A DNA stretch of 64,000 bases from Dehalococcoidia bacterium (GCA_003552465.1 PULQ01000060.1:108-64107); one strand, 5' to 3'; positions 17,385 through 27,298 are shown, counted from the first letter of the stretch. Program-made: numbers and translations. The notes: a model not told the origin generated them from the sequence alone.

Positions 17385-19253
17385 ATGAAAGCCCACAGAC
17401 GATCGGAGAATCTGGTCATCACCGGTTTCTCGGGAACGGGCAAGTCGGTGGTTGCCGGGGAGATAGCCCGGATGCTGGGCTGGGATGTCGTTGATACCGA
17501 CGACGAAATAGTCAGGTCAGCCGGCAAACCCATCGCCGAGATCTTCCGAAATGATGGTGAGGCCAGGTTCAGAGAACTGGAGCGGGAGGAGGTAGCGAAG
17601 GCCTGCCGGCGAAGCCGGACTGTAATCGCGGTCGGAGGCGGCGCCATAGTCGACCCTCACAACTACGACATGCTGTCCCGGAGCGGCCTGATCGTATGCC
17701 TGGAGGCAAAGCCGGAGACGATATATGAGCGATTGTATAGCGAATCTGCTCGGCGTCCTCAAGCGGAGGTTCGTCCGCTACTGGCTGCCGATGATCCGCT
17801 GGAGCGGATCAAGCAGTTGAAGGCATCCCGGCAGCAGCACTACAGCAGGGCCGACCGGACGGTTCATACCGACTGCCTGAGCATCCACGAGGTGGCAGAC
17901 GAGGTTGTCAGGGCGTGGCGAATGCTCTGCCGAAATCAGCCCGATGTCGGGCCGCTGCCTTCAACTGAAGAGAAGCTGTGTTCGCAGCGGCAGGGTGCTG
18001 GTGACATCGCCTGTATGGTGGAGACCGCTGGTGGGAGCTATCCCGTCTTCGTCGGCTACGGTCTTCTGGACGACCTTGCCGACAGGATGAAGCAGGCATC
18101 GCTTTCCGGTGCTGCCATCATCATCAGCGATGAGAACGTTTTCCCGCTTTATGGGGAGCGAGTTGCGGCAAACCTGAAAGGCGCCGGATTTCACGTTGAT
18201 TCGTTCTTAGTGTCAGCGGGCGAAGACGCTAAGAGCATGGACAATGCGGGTAGGATATACGATTTCCTGGTCGGGCAGCGGGTGGAGCGCGACGATGTTA
18301 TTGTCGCGCTGGGTGGTGGTGTGGTGGGCGACCTGGCCGGCTTTGTCGCCGCCACCTTCATGAGGGGCATGAACTGGGTGCAGGTTCCGACCACCCTGAT
18401 TGCCATGGTTGATGCCAGCATCGGAGGCAAGGTCGGGGTCAACCATCCCCGGGCGAAGAACCTGATCGGTGCCTTCTACCAGCCCGCGCTGGTTCTCGCC
18501 GACTGTCGGGCTCTGTCCACTCTTCCAGAGCGTGAACTGGTCTCGGGCTGGGCTGAGGTCATCAAGCACGGCCTGATCCTGGATGCGGATTTTCTTGGCT
18601 TTCTGGAGTCCGATGCAGACAGTCTGAAGGCTCTGGAACAGGAAGCGATCACGCGTGCGGTCGCGCGCAGCGCGGCTATCAAGGTAGGAGTAGTGAGCGA
18701 GGACGAGCGAGAGAGGACGGGCAGACGAACGATCCTGAACTTCGGACACACAATGGGCCATGGTCTGGAGGCCGCCGCCGGGTATGACGGCTTTCTTCAT
18801 GGAGAAGCCGTGGCGATCGGCATGATGGGGGCAGCCAGGCTAAGCGAGCGGTTGGGGCTTCTGACTTCAGCAGCGGTCGACCGCCAGAAAGCTCTGCTGC
18901 AGGCGTTTGGCTTACCCACGTCGCTGGGCGACTTCGTTTCATCGTCGGGCGCCCTTTCCGCCTCGTCCTTGGGCAGCGACGCTTCCCCGTCCCTGGACAC
19001 CGACCCGTCTTCGTCATCGCGAGAAGTCCCGCCCCTGTCATCGCGAGAAGTCCCGCCCCTGTCATCGCGAGCGAAGCGAAGCGATCTCAAGATAAGCCTC
19101 GCCGAGGTAATCGGCGCTATGGAGTTGGACAAGAAGAAGAAGGGTAGCGCCATCCGCTGGGTGCTGCTCGAGGACATCGGCAAAGCGACGATTCGCAGCA
19201 ATGTGCCTGAGGAAGAAGTGCTAGCCGTCCTTCGTGCGCTACTCGAGCATTGA
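17385..19253 (+). CDS. aroKB: Bifunctional shikimate kinase / 3-dehydroquinate synthase (AroK-AroB fusion)
   Basis: N-terminal ITGFSGTGKSVV P-loop shikimate kinase (~175 aa) fused to DHQ synthase (GGGVVGDLAGFVAA, KVGVNHP, NFGHTMGH); S/P-rich insertion near C-terminus. Confidence 0.85.
   Translation: MKAHRRSENLVITGFSGTGKSVVAGEIARMLGWDVVDTDDEIVRSAGKPIAEIFRNDGEARFRELEREEVAKACRRSRTVIAVGGGAIVDPHNYDMLSRSGLIVCLEAKPETIYERLYSESARRPQAEVRPLLAADDPLERIKQLKASRQQHYSRADRTVHTDCLSIHEVADEVVRAWRMLCRNQPDVGPLPSTEEKLCSQRQGAGDIACMVETAGGSYPVFVGYGLLDDLADRMKQASLSGAAIIISDENVFPLYGERVAANLKGAGFHVDSFLVSAGEDAKSMDNAGRIYDFLVGQRVERDDVIVALGGGVVGDLAGFVAATFMRGMNWVQVPTTLIAMVDASIGGKVGVNHPRAKNLIGAFYQPALVLADCRALSTLPERELVSGWAEVIKHGLILDADFLGFLESDADSLKALEQEAITRAVARSAAIKVGVVSEDERERTGRRTILNFGHTMGHGLEAAAGYDGFLHGEAVAIGMMGAARLSERLGLLTSAAVDRQKALLQAFGLPTSLGDFVSSSGALSASSLGSDASPSLDTDPSSSSREVPPLSSREVPPLSSRAKRSDLKISLAEVIGAMELDKKKKGSAIRWVLLEDIGKATIRSNVPEEEVLAVLRALLEH
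19013..19072 (+). repeat. In-frame 24-bp tandem repeat (gtcatcgcgagaagtcccgcccct x2.5) inside aroKB, encoding SSREVPPL x2 + SSRAKRSD
   Basis: Two perfect 24-nt copies 19013-19036 and 19037-19060 plus a partial third copy. Confidence 0.9.
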
Positions 19254-19414
19254 CTTGAAGGTCGGGTCAGACAGATCCCGGTTTGCCTGTCATGGGAGCG
19301 GGTGCGCATCGATTAACTGGCGAGACTGGCGGACTGCTTCAGTGGCATCCGATCCGGAAGGTAATCCAACAGGAAAACGTTTATAATTTGTGTAGGAACT
19401 GTAAGGAGGCGACT

Positions 19415-19606
19415 ATGGCTGCTGTAAGGTTCATATACTGGCAAGATGCTGATGTTTGGGTTGGCTATCTGGAGGATTATCCGGACTACTGGACACAGGG
19501 GGAGTCCCTGGATGAACTAAAGGAGAATCTGAAGGATATTCACGAAGACCTGACGAGTGGTACTATCCCATACGTGCGAAAGGCGGCGGAACTGGAAATC
19601 GCATGA
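19415..19606 (+). CDS. hicB: HicB-like (UPF0150) antitoxin
   Basis: AAGGAGG SD; ..YPDYWTQGESLDELKENLKDIHEDL resembles HicB N-domain; ATGA overlap with downstream hicA; region AT-richer. Confidence 0.6.
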   Translation: MAAVRFIYWQDADVWVGYLEDYPDYWTQGESLDELKENLKDIHEDLTSGTIPYVRKAAELEIA

Positions 19607-19785
19607 AGAGGAGGGATCTGGTCAGGCATCTGGAGAGGACTGGCTGCGTCCTCATCAGGCACGGAAGGAAGCACGACTGGTATCAGAACCCGACAACAAG
19701 GATCTCTCAACCTGTTCCAAGACACAGCGAGATCAACGACAATCTAGCCAAACGCATCATGAGGATGTTGCAGGCTGAGGATTAG
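19603..19785 (+). CDS. hicA: HicA (YcfA-like) mRNA interferase toxin
   Basis: MKRRDLVRHLERTGCVLIRHGRKHDWYQNP pattern typical of HicA (~60 aa). Confidence 0.7.
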   Translation: MKRRDLVRHLERTGCVLIRHGRKHDWYQNPTTRISQPVPRHSEINDNLAKRIMRMLQAED

Positions 19786-19860
19786 CTGGTTCGTTGAGAC
19801 GATGCTGCCCGCGGCCCTGTACAGCAGATACCAGGCGACTTGCATGCTCGGAGGTTCACT

Positions 19861-20274
19861 ATGGACGATCTACTGCGTTTGGGCAAAGAAGCCGTGGCAT
19901 CACAGCCCTTCAGTGTCCTGATCGGAGCGGAGCTGACAGGTCTATCACCTGGCCAGGCAGAACTAAGGGTTCCCGTCACTCCTCAGTTGCGACAACAGCA
20001 CGGTTTCGTTCACGGAGGGGTGATCAGCTATGCGGCGGACAACACCCTCACGGCCGCAGGCGCCAGCGTTCTCGGACCGGAGATCGTAACATCGGAGTAC
20101 AAGATCAACTATCTCAGACCCGTCGTGGGCGCAGCTTTGGTCGCCAGGGCAACGGTCGTTCACTCCAGCAGGTCCCAGGCCGTCTGTCGTTGTGACGTGT
20201 TCACGGTCGACGGCGATAGTGAGGTTCTCTGCGCTGTGGCCCAGGGCACAATAGTCAAGATGACCCCCACATAG
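19861..20274 (+). CDS. PaaI-family hotdog-fold thioesterase
   Basis: HGGVISYAADNTL motif of 4HBT/PaaI thioesterases. Confidence 0.75.
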   Translation: MDDLLRLGKEAVASQPFSVLIGAELTGLSPGQAELRVPVTPQLRQQHGFVHGGVISYAADNTLTAAGASVLGPEIVTSEYKINYLRPVVGAALVARATVVHSSRSQAVCRCDVFTVDGDSEVLCAVAQGTIVKMTPT

Positions 20275-20362
20275 GGACACGTCCATTTCTGAGAATACCT
20301 CAAATGGCTGAGTTGCTGTGTTCGTGAAACACTCAACCACGGGAAAATGGACGTGTCCCTAT
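20271..20362. repeat. 92-bp element bounded by perfect 18-bp inverted repeats (atagggacacgtccattt / aaatggacgtgtccctat) with 56-nt interior
   Basis: Exact reverse-complement arms at 20271-20288 and 20345-20362; starts at the thioesterase stop codon. Confidence 0.8.
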
Positions 20363-20481
20363 CTGGGGGGACAGATCTGCGGGCGGTGCTTTGCCCGATA
20401 CGTTATGGACTCAGTATCGCCGGGTTCTCTGCAGCGGGGCCGGCCATCACGTCGCCAGTCTTCCTCAGGAGTATAACAACG

Positions 20482-20519
20482 GTGAAGGCCCGGTGCCTTC
20501 ACCACTCGGTTTTCTGTAC
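20482..20519 (+). terminator. Intrinsic-terminator-like hairpin GGTGAAGGC-ccggt-GCCTTCACC followed by ACTCGGTTTTCTGT
   Basis: 9-bp GC-rich stem, 5-nt loop, U-rich tail; between thioesterase and aspS promoter. Confidence 0.6.
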
Positions 20520-20529
20520 GTGTATCGAT

Positions 20530-20558
20530 TGAAAGGGTGCCCTGCATGGGCTATAATT
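20530..20558 (+). promoter_or_regulatory. aspS promoter TTGAAA-17-TATAAT
   Basis: ttgaaa 20530-35, tataat 20553-58; places the ORF-track TTG 20557 inside the -10 box. Confidence 0.5.
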
Positions 20559-20583
20559 GCGAATCCACAGAAGGAAAGAGTCG

Positions 20584-22395
20584 TTGCTGAAGAACTACAA
20601 CTGCGGTGATCTGGGTGAAAGGCATGCGGGACAGGAGGTCACTCTGGCCGGCTGGGTGCACCGGCGTCGCGACCACGGCGGCAAGGTTTTCATCGACCTG
20701 CGTGACCGCGAAGGGGTCGTCCAGGTGGTGTTCAACCCCCAGGTATCAGAGCCGTCGTGCCAGCTGGCCGGTTCGCTGCGTAGCGAGTATGTGATACAGG
20801 TCAGGGGAGAGGTCGTGCCGCGTCCCACGGGAACGGAGAATCCGAAGCTGAGTACCGGGGGGGTCGAGGTCGTGGCCAGGGAGCTCGTTATCCTCAATCC
20901 ATCGAAGACCCCTCCCTTCTATGTAAGTGAAGACGAGGAAGTGGAGGAATCGCTCTGCCTCAAGAACCGCTATCTGTATCTGAGAAGGCAGCGGATGAAG
21001 GACAATCTGCTTCTGCGCCACAGGATCATCAAGTTCATCCGTGATTTCCTGGACACTAAGGGGTTCGCTGAGATCGAGACCCCGATTCTGATCAAGAGTA
21101 CACCGGAGGGAGCGCGCGATTACCTCGTGCCCAGCCGTGTCAACCCGGGGAAGTTCTATGCCCTTCCTCAGTCTCCTCAGCAACTCAAGCAGATTCTCAT
21201 GGTGGCAGGCTTCGACAGGTACTTCCAGATAGCACGGTGCTTCAGGGACGAAGACCTGAGGGCCGACCGCCAACCGGAGTTCACACAGCTTGACCTGGAG
21301 ATGAGTTTTGTCGAGATGGATGACATACTCCGTCTCATGGAGGAGTTGTTCGTGTTGCTGGTGCAGGCTACCAGGCCTGATATGCGCGTGCTCAAACCGT
21401 TCCCGCATCTTTCCTTTGCGGAGGCGATGGAGAAGTACGGCACCGACAAGCCGGATATCAGGTTCGGCCTGGAGATCAGGGATCTGTCCGACATCGCAGC
21501 GACGACAGACTTCCGGGTCTTCCGCTCGGTGCTTGAGAGCGGCGGCAAGGTGAAGGGCATCTGTGTTCCCGGGTGCAGTCACTACACACGCCATCAACTG
21601 GATGAGTTGATCGAGCTGGCAAAGGGTTGCGGCGCCGGCGGTCTGACCACCGTGGCATTCACGGGTGAGACGATGAACCCGGACGGGGTGAAGTCGGCTG
21701 CCGCCAAGCACCTGGAATCCCGGCATTTCGAGGAGATGGCCGCCAGGTTCAAGGCAGAGCCCGGCGCACTATTGCTGATCGTGGCCGATAAGCCTGAGGT
21801 CGTCAACAAGACGCTTGACGGGCTGCGGCGCGAGATGGCAGATCGGCTCGGTCTGGCGGACCCCGCGCTGTTGGCATTCGCGTTCGTGGTCGATTTCCCT
21901 CTGCTGGAGTGGAGCGATACCACGGGGAACTGGGATACCATGCACCATCCTTTCACGGCGCCCAGGGAGGATGATCTGCCGTTTCTTGAGACAGAACCGG
22001 CGCGGGTCTACGGCCAGCACTATGATGTGGGATGCAACGGCTGTGAACTGGGCAGCGGCAGTATCAGAGTTCACAATCGCGGGCTTCAGGAGAAGATATT
22101 CGGTCTGCTCGGCTATACCGACGAGCAGATGCAGGGCCGGTTTTCGGGTCTCCTGGAAGCGCTGGAATACGGAGCACCGCCCCACGGCGGAATAGCCATC
22201 GGGCTGGACCGCCTCGTGATGCTTTTTGCCGGGGAACAGAGCATAAGGGAGGTAATAGCGTTTCCCAAGAACCAGAATGCCGTGGATGTTATGCTGGGCA
22301 GTCCCTCCTATGTTGACACGAGTCAGCTGGACGAGCTCAATCTAAAGCTGAAGCACGAGATACTGCGGCACGATGAGAAGGAGCAGGGTGTATGA
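20584..22395 (+). CDS. aspS: Aspartate--tRNA ligase
   Basis: Start TTG 20584 after GGAAAGAG SD ([10 protein letters not shown]..); class II motifs, [22 protein letters not shown]; 604 aa. Confidence 0.9.
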   Translation: MLKNYNCGDLGERHAGQEVTLAGWVHRRRDHGGKVFIDLRDREGVVQVVFNPQVSEPSCQLAGSLRSEYVIQVRGEVVPRPTGTENPKLSTGGVEVVARELVILNPSKTPPFYVSEDEEVEESLCLKNRYLYLRRQRMKDNLLLRHRIIKFIRDFLDTKGFAEIETPILIKSTPEGARDYLVPSRVNPGKFYALPQSPQQLKQILMVAGFDRYFQIARCFRDEDLRADRQPEFTQLDLEMSFVEMDDILRLMEELFVLLVQATRPDMRVLKPFPHLSFAEAMEKYGTDKPDIRFGLEIRDLSDIAATTDFRVFRSVLESGGKVKGICVPGCSHYTRHQLDELIELAKGCGAGGLTTVAFTGETMNPDGVKSAAAKHLESRHFEEMAARFKAEPGALLLIVADKPEVVNKTLDGLRREMADRLGLADPALLAFAFVVDFPLLEWSDTTGNWDTMHHPFTAPREDDLPFLETEPARVYGQHYDVGCNGCELGSGSIRVHNRGLQEKIFGLLGYTDEQMQGRFSGLLEALEYGAPPHGGIAIGLDRLVMLFAGEQSIREVIAFPKNQNAVDVMLGSPSYVDTSQLDELNLKLKHEILRHDEKEQGV

Positions 22396-23684
22396 AGGTT
22401 AGCAGAGAGAACCTGGAAGACTGCCAGGCAGTTCTAACTATCGAGGTCGAAGCAGGTGAAATGGATGAATCCCTGGAAGCGGCCTATCGGCACCTCGTGA
22501 ACAGGGTATCCATACCGGGCTTCCGCAAGGGTAAAGCACCAAGGGCCATTCTTGTGCAGCACATTGGCAGGCAGAGTCTGCTGGAGGAGGCGTACGAGCA
22601 TCTGATTCCTGAGTTGTACAGACAGGCGATCGAGTCCGAGGAACTCGAGCCGGTTGCCAGGCCGGAGGTCGAGATAACTCAGACCGAGCCCCTGGTTTTC
22701 AAGGCAGTAGTGCCTCTCAGGCCTGAGGTCAAGCTCGGTGATTACCGGAGCATGAATCTCGAGCCCGCTCCCGAGGTGAAGATCGGCAAGGAGGAAGTCA
22801 CCGCGGCTATAGAGGATTTCCGGCAAGCGAAGGGGACGTGGGTACCCGTGGACCGTCCTGTGCAGTTCGGTGACCTGGTTACAATGGACGTTGATGCAAG
22901 CGTTGAGGGCACACCCTGGCTGAACCACAACGACGTCGTATACGAGGTGGACGCGGATTCGCGCTCGCCGGTACCGGGATTCGCCTCTCAGCTTGAGGGT
23001 GTCGAGAAGAATAGGGAGACCGTATTCAGCTTGCCCGTTCCCGACGATCACCCCGTTGAAGAGATGCGAGGCAAGGAGGCGGAGTTCAGAGTTACCGTTA
23101 CCGAGACCAAGCAGAAGGAACTGCCGGGACTCGATGATGAGCTGGCCAGGAGCGCAGGCTATGACGATCTGGCCGCCATGAAGAAGAAGGTGGCTGAAGA
23201 TCTGAAGACCCATGCTGAGGCCAGCAATCGTTCGCAGCTAAAGCAGAAGGCGCTCGACGCCCTTGTTGACATCAGTGAGGTGAGCTATCCGCCTGTTTTC
23301 GAGGAGGAAGAGATCACGGGCATCCTTAAGGATGAGGCTCGCCGCCTCGGTTTCACGGAACCGGAAGAGTACTTGAAGGCCAGGAACAAGACCGAGGAGG
23401 AGGTCAAGGAGGAGATCCGTCCGATAGCCAGGAAGCGCCTGCTTCAGGGACTGGTTCTGGAGAAGCTGGCTCAGGAGGAGAAGATCGAAGTCGACTCCTC
23501 CGAGGTGGATGGTCGAGCCGATGAAATGGCAGGTGGCTCCGAGGACCGGGAGAAGGCAGAGCAGTTCTTCTCGCATCCCCGGATCAGGCAGTCGATCGAA
23601 CAGTCGCTGCTCACACAGAAGACCCTGGACCGGCTGCTGGAGGTGGCAGTCGGCAGTGCCGAAGAAACGACAAAGGAGGAATGA
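22392..23684 (+). CDS. tig: Trigger factor
   Basis: N-terminal ribosome-binding ..[10 protein letters not shown].. signature, PPIase and C-terminal domains. Confidence 0.9.
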   Translation: MKVSRENLEDCQAVLTIEVEAGEMDESLEAAYRHLVNRVSIPGFRKGKAPRAILVQHIGRQSLLEEAYEHLIPELYRQAIESEELEPVARPEVEITQTEPLVFKAVVPLRPEVKLGDYRSMNLEPAPEVKIGKEEVTAAIEDFRQAKGTWVPVDRPVQFGDLVTMDVDASVEGTPWLNHNDVVYEVDADSRSPVPGFASQLEGVEKNRETVFSLPVPDDHPVEEMRGKEAEFRVTVTETKQKELPGLDDELARSAGYDDLAAMKKKVAEDLKTHAEASNRSQLKQKALDALVDISEVSYPPVFEEEEITGILKDEARRLGFTEPEEYLKARNKTEEEVKEEIRPIARKRLLQGLVLEKLAQEEKIEVDSSEVDGRADEMAGGSEDREKAEQFFSHPRIRQSIEQSLLTQKTLDRLLEVAVGSAEETTKEE

Positions 23685-24298
23685 TGGATACAGTATCGCA
23701 AGTGATAATCCCTACGGTGACCGAGAGCAGTGCTCGGGGTGAGCGTATCTTCGATATATACTCTCTTCTGCTGAGAGAGAGAATCGTCTTCCTGGGCACT
23801 CCCATCAACGACCAGGTAGCCAACCTCATCATCGCCCAGCTCCTGTATTTGGAAAGAGAAGATCCGGAGAAGGATATAAACCTCTATGTTCACTGTCCCG
23901 GCGGCATCATCAGCGCCGGACTGGCCATCTACGACACGATGCAGATCCTGCGCTGTCCGGTGTCCACGATCTGCGTGGGGCTTGCAGCCAGCATGGGAAC
24001 GGTGCTTCTCTGCGCAGGAACGAAGGGCAAGAGATACGCTTTGCCCAACTCGACCGTGCACCTGCACCAGGCGGTTGGCGGTGCTCAGGGGCAGGCAGCG
24101 GACATCGAGATTGCTGCCAGGGAGATCATGAGGATTCAGGAGAAGATACGCCAGATAATCGCCGCGCACACCGGTCAGCCTGTGGAGAAGATCGCCCATG
24201 ATATAGATAGGGATTTCTACCTGAGCTCTGAACAGGCAGTCGAGTACGGCATCGTCGATGAGATACTCAGCAAGCCGCCCAAGAAGGGAGGCGGATAG
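23681..24298 (+). CDS. clpP: ATP-dependent Clp protease proteolytic subunit
   Basis: Ser-His-Asp triad context GLAASMG, ..LPNS.VMIHQ-like TVHLHQ; tig-clpP synteny. Confidence 0.95.
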   Translation: MMDTVSQVIIPTVTESSARGERIFDIYSLLLRERIVFLGTPINDQVANLIIAQLLYLEREDPEKDINLYVHCPGGIISAGLAIYDTMQILRCPVSTICVGLAASMGTVLLCAGTKGKRYALPNSTVHLHQAVGGAQGQAADIEIAAREIMRIQEKIRQIIAAHTGQPVEKIAHDIDRDFYLSSEQAVEYGIVDEILSKPPKKGGG

Positions 24299-24443
24299 GC
24301 CGCTGTGAGCTGCGGCTGAAGTTAGCGTCGGGTTGATCAGAGCCTGGTCGCAGGAACGTGTGCAGACAAACCGTTGTCTGGCCGGGTGATGATCCCCTAG
24401 TGGAATCCAGCCTCGGTTCAGTCGAGGCGGATCCGGAGTTCGC

Positions 24444-24614
24444 ATGATGACAATCGATGTGCTGGGCCGGGCGCAGTTGATCCCGGTCGCCTATGCCTCT
24501 GGCGAACCGTTTGGCGGGCTGGGTAGAGGCGGGTTGATCACCATCATCGTCGTCTCGGTGATAGCCATCGTAACCTTCTGGTGGATCTTCCGCGAGACCG
24601 GCAGGCGAGAGTAG
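24444..24614 (+). CDS. Putative small membrane protein (56 aa, one TM helix)
   Basis: ATG with GGAG 8 nt upstream; GGLITIIVVSVIAIVTFWWIF hydrophobic segment; below ORF-track size cutoff. Confidence 0.3.
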   Translation: MMTIDVLGRAQLIPVAYASGEPFGGLGRGGLITIIVVSVIAIVTFWWIFRETGRRE

Positions 24615-24714
24615 GCGGAAGAGCACGTCCCCAGCTACTGTGCCAGACGCCGTACGCCTGCCTTCGCCTGATCACTGACAGCCGACCGCCGATAGCTGAT
24701 TGCCCGGGCTCCGA

Positions 24715-25386
24715 TCAGGCCTGACTTCCGGAAGGAATCCTCAGCACCCGCTTCCTGATCCTTGCCCATGTGCTTGCGAAGTGGGCCGTGTAGCCCGACT
24801 TCCGTCCGATTATCGTGCCCCTGGCCAGGGATGCCAGGAACCGCTCAGGCCCGTCAAACTCGTCCATCTCCACGTATGCCCTGCCGATCTCAGACGCGGT
24901 GTGGGCATCGCTGCCGGCGCTTGCCGCCTTTCCATGTTCGATGGCCAGTTGTTGAGCCCTGGCAATGCTGCGCGTGAATGTGGTGCGCGAATTGTAAGCC
25001 TCGACGATGTCCACTTGCGACATGATGTGGGGCGAGGTCAGCTTGTTGGTGTTACCCAGCAACGACCTGCCGAAGGGGTGGGGAATGGCGACCAGTCCAC
25101 CTTGGTCTTTGATACGCGCTATCGTTTCCTCGGGCGACAATCCCGGGGGGACTCTCTCGCTAAGGAAGAGCCCCATTATCTCTCCCGCCGTGGTCTGGAC
25201 CTCCTCGGCAACGATCACCTTGAAGGGCGCCATTTCGCTCAGCTTCAGGGCGCCTTCGATGATGTTGTGGTCGGCGATGGCAACACAGCTTATCTCCAGA
25301 TCCAGGCAGCGCTCGACGATCCGCTCCAGCGGTGTGAAACAGTCTATCGAGCAGCAGGTATGAACGTGTAGATCGGCTTTTAACAA
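24715..25386 (-). CDS. PHP-domain metal-dependent phosphoesterase
   Basis: DLHVHT N-terminal PHP motif, later H/D metal ligands. Confidence 0.8.
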   Translation of the reverse strand: MLKADLHVHTCCSIDCFTPLERIVERCLDLEISCVAIADHNIIEGALKLSEMAPFKVIVAEEVQTTAGEIMGLFLSERVPPGLSPEETIARIKDQGGLVAIPHPFGRSLLGNTNKLTSPHIMSQVDIVEAYNSRTTFTRSIARAQQLAIEHGKAASAGSDAHTASEIGRAYVEMDEFDGPERFLASLARGTIIGRKSGYTAHFASTWARIRKRVLRIPSGSQA

Positions 25387-25527
25387 CAGGCTGAACGGTA
25401 CCTTCCCTAAGCAGTCCTGATTATACCAGATCCGGTCGAGATCGCCCCTTGCCCGTCAGGTCGTCGCCTGGCATTGTCGTGGAGACCTGAGCGGCGCTGT
25501 TCCGGGTGAGCATCTGTCCAGCTTCCC

Positions 25528-26088
25528 TTAGCCTGCTTTCTCCTGGTACTCGCCGGTGCGGGTGTTGACCTTGATGACGTCGCCCTCGTTGATGAACAGG
25601 GGAACCTGGACGGTCGCCCCCGTCTCCAGCGTGGCGGCCTTGGTTCCCGCCGTTGCCCTGTCTCCCTTGAAGCCAGGGTCTGTCTTCGTAACCTGAAGCT
25701 CTACAGAAATGGGCATCTCAACTGCAATCGTCTCTCCCTTGCTGGTAAGGATCTCCAGCACCATCCCTTCCTTGAGATAGCCGGTGCCCTCTCCGATTTG
25801 GGCGTCGGTCAACGCAAACTGCTCGTAGCTCTCGTTGTCCATGAAGTGGTACAGGTCACCGTCGCTGTACAGGTACTGTGCGGGGCGGTGCTCCAGGAAG
25901 ACGGGTGTGACCTTGTCCCCCGACTGCAGATTCCGCTCGGCGACGTTCCCCGTGCGGGCATCGCGGAGCCTCAGTTTTATGACAGGCTGCCTTTGCTGCA
26001 TTTTCACGTGCTGATATTCGATGACTACGTAGATGCTACCATCCAGCTCTATTGCTGCTCCCTTTCTCAATTCTCCTGCATCGATCAT
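25528..26088 (-). CDS. efp: Elongation factor P
   Basis: MIDAGELRKG..KPGKG-like KMQQRQPVIK; 186 aa. Confidence 0.9.
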   Translation of the reverse strand: MIDAGELRKGAAIELDGSIYVVIEYQHVKMQQRQPVIKLRLRDARTGNVAERNLQSGDKVTPVFLEHRPAQYLYSDGDLYHFMDNESYEQFALTDAQIGEGTGYLKEGMVLEILTSKGETIAVEMPISVELQVTKTDPGFKGDRATAGTKAATLETGATVQVPLFINEGDVIKVNTRTGEYQEKAG

Positions 26089-26122
26089 TGGCTGTACTCC
26101 CTCTCTATCATGTGGTTGACTA

Positions 26123-27196
26123 TCAAAGGTCCTTACCTGCTCGGGTAAGCGTTCTTGCCTTGCCGTTCTCCAGGACCACGATGTCCTCGATCCTGACTCC
26201 GCCTGTTCCTGGCAGGTAGATCCCGGGCTCTATGGTGAAAACCATGCCATCGGCGAGTGTACCCGTGGAGGCCGGGCCCACGGTGGGGAGTTCGTGCACT
26301 GCCAGTCCGACACCGTGTCCCAGTCCGTGGCCGAATCGGTCTCCGTGGCCGGCCTCCTCGATGACGCTCCGGGCCAGTTGGTCTGCCTGCGCAGCTTCCA
26401 TGCCCGACGTTACTCCCTCTATCGCTGCCATCTGCGCCTTCAGGACTATATCGTAGATGTTCGCCATGTCCTTATCGGCTACGCTCGGGAAGATGGTCCG
26501 GGTGAGGTCGCTGCAGTAGCCTCCGATCCTGGCGCCCATATCTATGACCACCGGCTCACCTGATACTAGCTTCTTGTCTGTGGGACGGGCGTGGGGCAGG
26601 GCCCCGTTCGGGCCGGAAGCCACGATGATCTCGAAGGCCACGCCATCACTTCCTCCCTGGCGGAGCAGCTTTTCTATCTCCCATGCCGCCTCCTTCTCGG
26701 TCATGCCGGGGTGCATCAGCCTTCTGGCTTCTTCAAAGACGTCATCGCCCAGCTGCACGGCCTCTGTGATGAGCGCCAGTTCCTCCGGTTCTTTGATGGA
26801 ACGAAGAGCCTCCACGAGGCCGGTGGCGGGCACGAGTTCGAGGACGACCTGTGCAGTCTTCAGTGCATCGCCGAGCTGCTGGTGGCTATCGTACGACACG
26901 AAATCCGCTTCGAAGCCCAGTTTCTGCACTACCATGTCGGACACCACGCCGGGAAACCAGTCGCGCAACTCGCGCTTGGTCTGGATGACGGCGAACTCCG
27001 GCGATTCGGCCTTCGCTTGCTCGACGTAGCGGAAGTCGGTGGCCAGAACGGCCTCTCTGGAAGATATGATCAGCCATCCAGCGGAGCCTGTGAAGCCTGA
27101 TAGGTAGTGGCGGTTCTCCGGCCGGCAGACCAGGATGCCGTCCAGTCCCTTTTCGGACATGGACGTCCGCAGCTTCTGTAATCGTTCCATTGCCAA
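26123..27196 (-). CDS. Xaa-Pro aminopeptidase / M24 family peptidase
   Basis: Creatinase N-domain plus M24 pita-bread domain (D..D..H..E..E ligands, ..HGLGHGVGLAVHE..). Confidence 0.85.
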   Translation of the reverse strand: MAMERLQKLRTSMSEKGLDGILVCRPENRHYLSGFTGSAGWLIISSREAVLATDFRYVEQAKAESPEFAVIQTKRELRDWFPGVVSDMVVQKLGFEADFVSYDSHQQLGDALKTAQVVLELVPATGLVEALRSIKEPEELALITEAVQLGDDVFEEARRLMHPGMTEKEAAWEIEKLLRQGGSDGVAFEIIVASGPNGALPHARPTDKKLVSGEPVVIDMGARIGGYCSDLTRTIFPSVADKDMANIYDIVLKAQMAAIEGVTSGMEAAQADQLARSVIEEAGHGDRFGHGLGHGVGLAVHELPTVGPASTGTLADGMVFTIEPGIYLPGTGGVRIEDIVVLENGKARTLTRAGKDL

Positions 27197-27298
27197 CTCC
27201 TTCTCCGGGTCTTAGGCGACTCCGGACTTGTTGTCTTGATTACTATGCTGTCATACCGAGTAAGCCCTATGGTCTCCCTCGGCGTAGAGTGCACTGGC

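Noticed and set aside
20557-20583. TTG at 20557 as the aspS start (ORF-track N-terminus MRIHRRKES..)
   Set aside because: It lies inside the predicted -10 box (TATAAT 20553-20558) of a TTGAAA-17-TATAAT promoter. TTG 20584 has a GGAAAGAG SD and gives the canonical [10 protein letters not shown].. N-terminus.
8643-24445. Long antisense or out-of-frame ORFs within housekeeping genes (e.g. 8643-9398 and 9399-10673 inside alaS; 11259-11831 opposite ruvX; 13909-14535 inside aroC; 20746-21726 inside aspS; 22434-23213 and 23471-24445 opposite tig/clpP; 30320-31135 inside the kinase; 35412-36119 opposite tsaB)
   Set aside because: These are typical high-GC shadow ORFs. The sense-strand genes have full-length conserved family signatures and proper starts, and the shadows have none.
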